A DNA stretch of 32,000 nucleotides from assembly GCF_000008645.1 (NCBI RefSeq), contig NC_000916.1, forward strand, positions 90,001 to 122,000, in the 5' to 3' direction. The translations under genes and the position numbers were made by a program. Below the pieces are notes generated by a model, which did no database searches, was not told the DNA's origin, and saw only the letters and a program-made list of their open reading frames with translations. The DNA is from Methanothermobacter thermautotrophicus str. Delta H (lineage in GTDB: Archaea > Methanobacteriota > Methanobacteria > Methanobacteriales > Methanothermobacteraceae). Every line of letters starts with the position of its first letter. Position 1 is the stretch's first letter. Below are positions 28,633-32,000 of the stretch, piece after piece.

Positions 28633-30990
28633 ATGAATCCAATGGCCATCATATCCATCACAGCCTTCGTGGTGGCCCTTGTATCGGGTGTGTACATATT
28701 CGTCAAGAACCCTGAAAGCCGCTTTAACAGGGCACTCCTCCTTTTCTCAGCACTGATAGCCTACCTTTCACTCACAGATTTCGGCCTTTACATTTCAGAG
28801 TCCTACATGATGGCCGACTTCTGGGTAAGGATGGGATTCCTCTGGCCCATTGTGGTCCCGGTCATACTGCACATGGTCCTGCTCTTCACGGGTAGAAGAC
28901 CAACCATGCCACTCCTTGCAGTTATCTACGCACCTGCAGTGGTCATAGCGGCCCTTGAACTAACAACGGATCTTATAACCGCGGGGCCCACCATGACTTC
29001 ATGGGGCTGGACCTTCAGTGCCGCGGAGAATTCGCTTCCCTACCAGATCTCAAATATCTGGGGATTCATCATAGCATCAGTCGCCATCATACTTGTGGCC
29101 CTGCACTGGAGGTCATCCCGGGGTTCAGATCGGACGCAGGCCCACTACCTCCTCACAGGCCTCATCTTACCTGTCCTGGCGGGCGTCCTGACGGATCTCG
29201 TCCTCCCGGCAGCTGGCATGGCTGTACCTTCACTCACAGATCCTTCAGCCGCACTCGGGGTTTCCATCATAGCCTATGGTGTTATGAGGTTCCGTTTACC
29301 AATCCTGAGCCCCTTAAACGCTGCCATGGATATTGTGAGGAACATGAACACCTTCCTTATAATCACAGATCTTGGGCTGAATATACACTACGTCAACCCA
29401 GCAACTGAGAGGCTAACCGGTCGTCGGGCAGCGGAATTCTCAGGCAGGAAGGTGACTGAGGTCCTTAAATTCGATGAACTCAGCACCGGCTCCATCATGG
29501 AGTCCCGGCTCAGAGGTAAGGATGAATGGATCCCGGTCATCGTATCGGCGGGTCATGTGCATGGCTCAGGGGGTGAACATCTGGGCCTGCTCTTCACGGG
29601 TTCAGATATGCGGCCCATCCTGGAGATGGAGGAAAAGCTGAGGAGGAGGGAGGATCGTCTTGTGCTCCTGACAGAACACATGGCTGATGGTCTTGGAGAA
29701 TTTGACAGGGACTTCAACTTCAGATACCTCAGCCCATCGGTGAAGAAGATAACAGGCTACGATCATGAAATGCTCACCGGCATGTCAGCCCTTGACTTCA
29801 TGGACTACCTGCACCCCGATGACACGGAGGAGGTTAAGAAACTCATACTGACCCGGGGGGAAGGCCACAGGGCAACCTTCAGGATAAGAAGGCCCGATGG
29901 GAACTACAGGTGGGTGGAATACGTTGACAGACCAATCAGGACTGATGGTGATATCGAGGGCTACGTGTTCGGTTTGAGGGATATACATGAACATAAACTG
30001 GCAGAGGAGGCCCTGATCGTCAGCAAGGAGAAATTCAGGGAACTCTTCAGGAACATGAGGAGCGGCATAATTGCTGTTGAATCTGATGGAAAGGGATTCC
30101 GGGTTAAATCCATGAACCCGGCAGCCGAGAGGATGGAGGGCGTCTCCTGCGCCGCCATCCAGGGTATGGATCTTCAGGAGGCACTCCCTGAGATCTGGAA
30201 CTCCCCCATCAGGAGGGCCCTCCAGGAGATCAGGGAGACCGGTGAGGCCATCCATTGTCCGGAGGTTGAATGTGGGGAGGGATGGTTTGATGTGCACCTC
30301 CACCAGCTATCAACCGGGGAGGTGGTCATCATCTGCACCGACATAACCCTCAGGAAGCAGTATGAGGATGAACTCAGAGCATCGCTCAGGGAGAAGGAGG
30401 CCCTCCTCAGGGAGGTGCACCACAGGGTCAAGAACAACTTCCAGGTAATATCCAGTCTCATAAATCTTCAGCTCGATGATGCTGAGGATCCAGCGCCCCT
30501 CAGGGACCTTCAGAGCAGGATCCAGTCCATGGCCCTCGTCCATGAACTGCTCTATGAGTCAGAGGATCTCACAAGCATTGACATGGGGCGCTACATAGAG
30601 AGGCTCACCTCCTCCATAGTTAACAGCCACCATAACGGGGAAATAGAAGTTGAGGTGGCGGTGGGTGACATAACACTTCCCCTTGAAACAGCCATCCCCC
30701 TGGGTCTCATCATCAACGAACTCGTCACCAACTCCTTCAAGCATGCCTTCACGTCCGGTGGAATGATAAGCGTAGAACTGGAGGAACATGGCGGTGAATT
30801 CACACTCACCATCACAGATAATGGTGTGGGTCTTCCCCCTGATTTTATAATTGAAGATTCGGATTCCCTGGGCCTCAGGCTGGTGGCGGGCCTTGTGGAT
30901 CAGATTGACGGGACCCTCGAGGTTTCCGGGGAGGATGGGACCAGGTTCAGGTTAACCTTTGGAGTTGTTCCTTACCGTCGGAGGGTCTGA
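28633..30990 (+). CDS. Sensor histidine kinase: N-terminal multi-TM (histidine kinase 7TM-like), PAS domains, HisKA_2-type dimerisation domain, HATPase
   Basis: Hydrophobic N-terminus about 230 aa; PAS segments (IITDLGLNIHYVNPATERLTGRRAAEFSGR; LEFDRDFNFRYLSPSVKKITGYDHEML-like; LFRNMRSGIIAVES); EKEALLREVHHRVKNNFQVISSLINLQ; ATPase LIINELVTNSFKHAF...ITDNGVGLP...SLGLRLVAGLVDQI. Confidence 0.93.
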   Translation: MNPMAIISITAFVVALVSGVYIFVKNPESRFNRALLLFSALIAYLSLTDFGLYISESYMMADFWVRMGFLWPIVVPVILHMVLLFTGRRPTMPLLAVIYAPAVVIAALELTTDLITAGPTMTSWGWTFSAAENSLPYQISNIWGFIIASVAIILVALHWRSSRGSDRTQAHYLLTGLILPVLAGVLTDLVLPAAGMAVPSLTDPSAALGVSIIAYGVMRFRLPILSPLNAAMDIVRNMNTFLIITDLGLNIHYVNPATERLTGRRAAEFSGRKVTEVLKFDELSTGSIMESRLRGKDEWIPVIVSAGHVHGSGGEHLGLLFTGSDMRPILEMEEKLRRREDRLVLLTEHMADGLGEFDRDFNFRYLSPSVKKITGYDHEMLTGMSALDFMDYLHPDDTEEVKKLILTRGEGHRATFRIRRPDGNYRWVEYVDRPIRTDGDIEGYVFGLRDIHEHKLAEEALIVSKEKFRELFRNMRSGIIAVESDGKGFRVKSMNPAAERMEGVSCAAIQGMDLQEALPEIWNSPIRRALQEIRETGEAIHCPEVECGEGWFDVHLHQLSTGEVVIICTDITLRKQYEDELRASLREKEALLREVHHRVKNNFQVISSLINLQLDDAEDPAPLRDLQSRIQSMALVHELLYESEDLTSIDMGRYIERLTSSIVNSHHNGEIEVEVAVGDITLPLETAIPLGLIINELVTNSFKHAFTSGGMISVELEEHGGEFTLTITDNGVGLPPDFIIEDSDSLGLRLVAGLVDQIDGTLEVSGEDGTRFRLTFGVVPYRRRV

Positions 30991-31118
30991 TGATCTGTGA
31001 TTTGAGGGTATTCCTGTGGGTCTTGGAGGGTCTGAAAATCATAACTTGATGAGCAGGCACCGACTCTGATTCAGGGGTAATGGCAAAATTTAAGTTGTAA
31101 TTACTGTATCATTTAACC

Positions 31119-32000
31119 ATGGCTCTCACACCAAGAGGGGACGTCCTCAGGACAGTCATGGATTACCTTGAGATAGAGTCCAGGGATTCTGTGGACAGAA
31201 GGAGGGACCTGTGGAGGTCAATCTCGGATAAATTCATAAGGACGGCTGATGGATCCTACACCCTGAAATCTGAGGCCGGAGAGGCGATGCACACCCGGGT
31301 GGGGGCCCTAACAGAGGCCATTGAGAAATTTGTAAAACCCACGGTTTCAGGGATCAAAGACGATTTAAGGGTCCTGGACCTCTGCTCAGGTCTGGGATAC
31401 AATACCGCAGCCCTCCTGGAGTTCACAGACGCATCCAGTGTAACGGTTGATATGGTGGAGATCTCAGCAGGGACCATGGCCACCGCCCTCATTGTACCAT
31501 CCCCGAATCCAGCCCATAAAATCGTTAAGGGGGCTTATGAGGACTTTCTGTTATCTGAGGGATTACTGTCCCTCAGGACCTCACCTCCAGCACCCTCAGG
31601 CATCGAGCTGAGGGTCCACTGTGGGGATGCAAGGGCAGTGGTACCCCTTCTTGAGAGGGAATACTATGACGCCATATTTCTGGACGCATTCAGTCCAAGG
31701 GTGGCCCCTGAACTCTACACTGTCGAATTCATCTCACTCCTCGCAGGGGTGCTGAAGAAGAGGGGCGTACTTGCGACATACACCTCCGCAGCCCCCATGA
31801 GGGCAGCCCTCATCGAAGCAGGATTCCATGTGGGCCAGGGACCTGTGTTCGGGAGAAAATCAGGGGGAACACTGGCCTCCATGGACCCCCGGATGGTCAG
31901 AAAGCCCCTTGACTGGAGGGATGAACGCATGATAGCCCTCAGTGATGCAGGGATACCCTACAGGGACCCTGAATTATCTGCAGATGCCCTGGAAATAATG
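31119..32000 (+). CDS. MnmC-like SAM-dependent methyltransferase (DUF752 type), truncated by window end
   Basis: Open from ATG 31119 to the window end by manual translation: MALTPRGDVLRTVMDYLEIESRD...VLDLCSGLGYNTAALLEFTD...YYDAIFLDAFSPRVAPELYTVEFISLLAGVLKKRGVLATYTSAAPMRAALIEAGF... Confidence 0.85.
   Translation, partial: MALTPRGDVLRTVMDYLEIESRDSVDRRRDLWRSISDKFIRTADGSYTLKSEAGEAMHTRVGALTEAIEKFVKPTVSGIKDDLRVLDLCSGLGYNTAALLEFTDASSVTVDMVEISAGTMATALIVPSPNPAHKIVKGAYEDFLLSEGLLSLRTSPPAPSGIELRVHCGDARAVVPLLEREYYDAIFLDAFSPRVAPELYTVEFISLLAGVLKKRGVLATYTSAAPMRAALIEAGFHVGQGPVFGRKSGGTLASMDPRMVRKPLDWRDERMIALSDAGIPYRDPELSADALEIM

Noticed and set aside
28479-28706. 75-aa minus-strand ORF between the glycosyltransferase and the sensor kinase
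   Set aside because: It overlaps the kinase start and the AT-rich promoter region, and has no RBS-supported start or family resemblance.
30981-31050. Short repeat GGAGGGTCTGA(T/A)(G/A)ATC downstream of the kinase gene
   Set aside because: It is only about 12-16 bp with mismatches in G-rich sequence; not distinguishable from chance by eye.

Overview
This window is a dense, housekeeping-type archaeal chromosome segment. Gene content, protein sequences and TATA-type promoters match Methanothermobacter (M. thermautotrophicus-like); the species call comes from recognition, not a database search. From left to right it carries: the 3' end of a GT-B glycosyltransferase; a LutA/LutB-like Fe-S pair; mfnB; guaB; mobA; a tiny pseudomurein-binding-repeat-like protein; a membrane protein; cbiT; ubiX; an HD phosphohydrolase; moaE; archaeal NMN adenylyltransferase; the twin-ATPase AtwA (MCR activation component A2)-like protein; a flavin reductase-like protein; and a universal stress protein. 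These are followed by a compact oxygen-defence run (two rubredoxins, F420H2 oxidase FprA, ferritin, peroxiredoxin, superoxide dismutase) and coenzyme F390 synthetase with an ACT-domain partner. The right part holds an HTH regulator, a DHH/RecJ-like protein, SRP19, hemD-cobA, purQ-purS-purC, glmS, two glycosyltransferases, a 7TM-PAS sensor histidine kinase and an MnmC-like methyltransferase that runs off the end. I found no CRISPR array, transposon, phage, tRNA or rRNA and no clear accessory island. The non-routine observations are: (i) single-nucleotide frame disruptions in the lutA-like gene (about 1096-1100) and at the guaB 3' end (about 4721), where the alternate frame restores family-conserved sequence, plus a possible third at the 5' end of the DHH gene; (ii) short local duplications (periods 45, 49 and 58 bp), two of which sit on the start or stop junctions of cbiT and one of which duplicates a poly-T terminator-like element; (iii) a perfect 13-1-13 palindrome over the predicted transcription start of a small membrane protein just upstream of the oxygen-defence genes; and (iv) a 70-aa stand-alone PMB-like repeat protein. 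I do not see convincing evidence of an entirely new multi-gene system.
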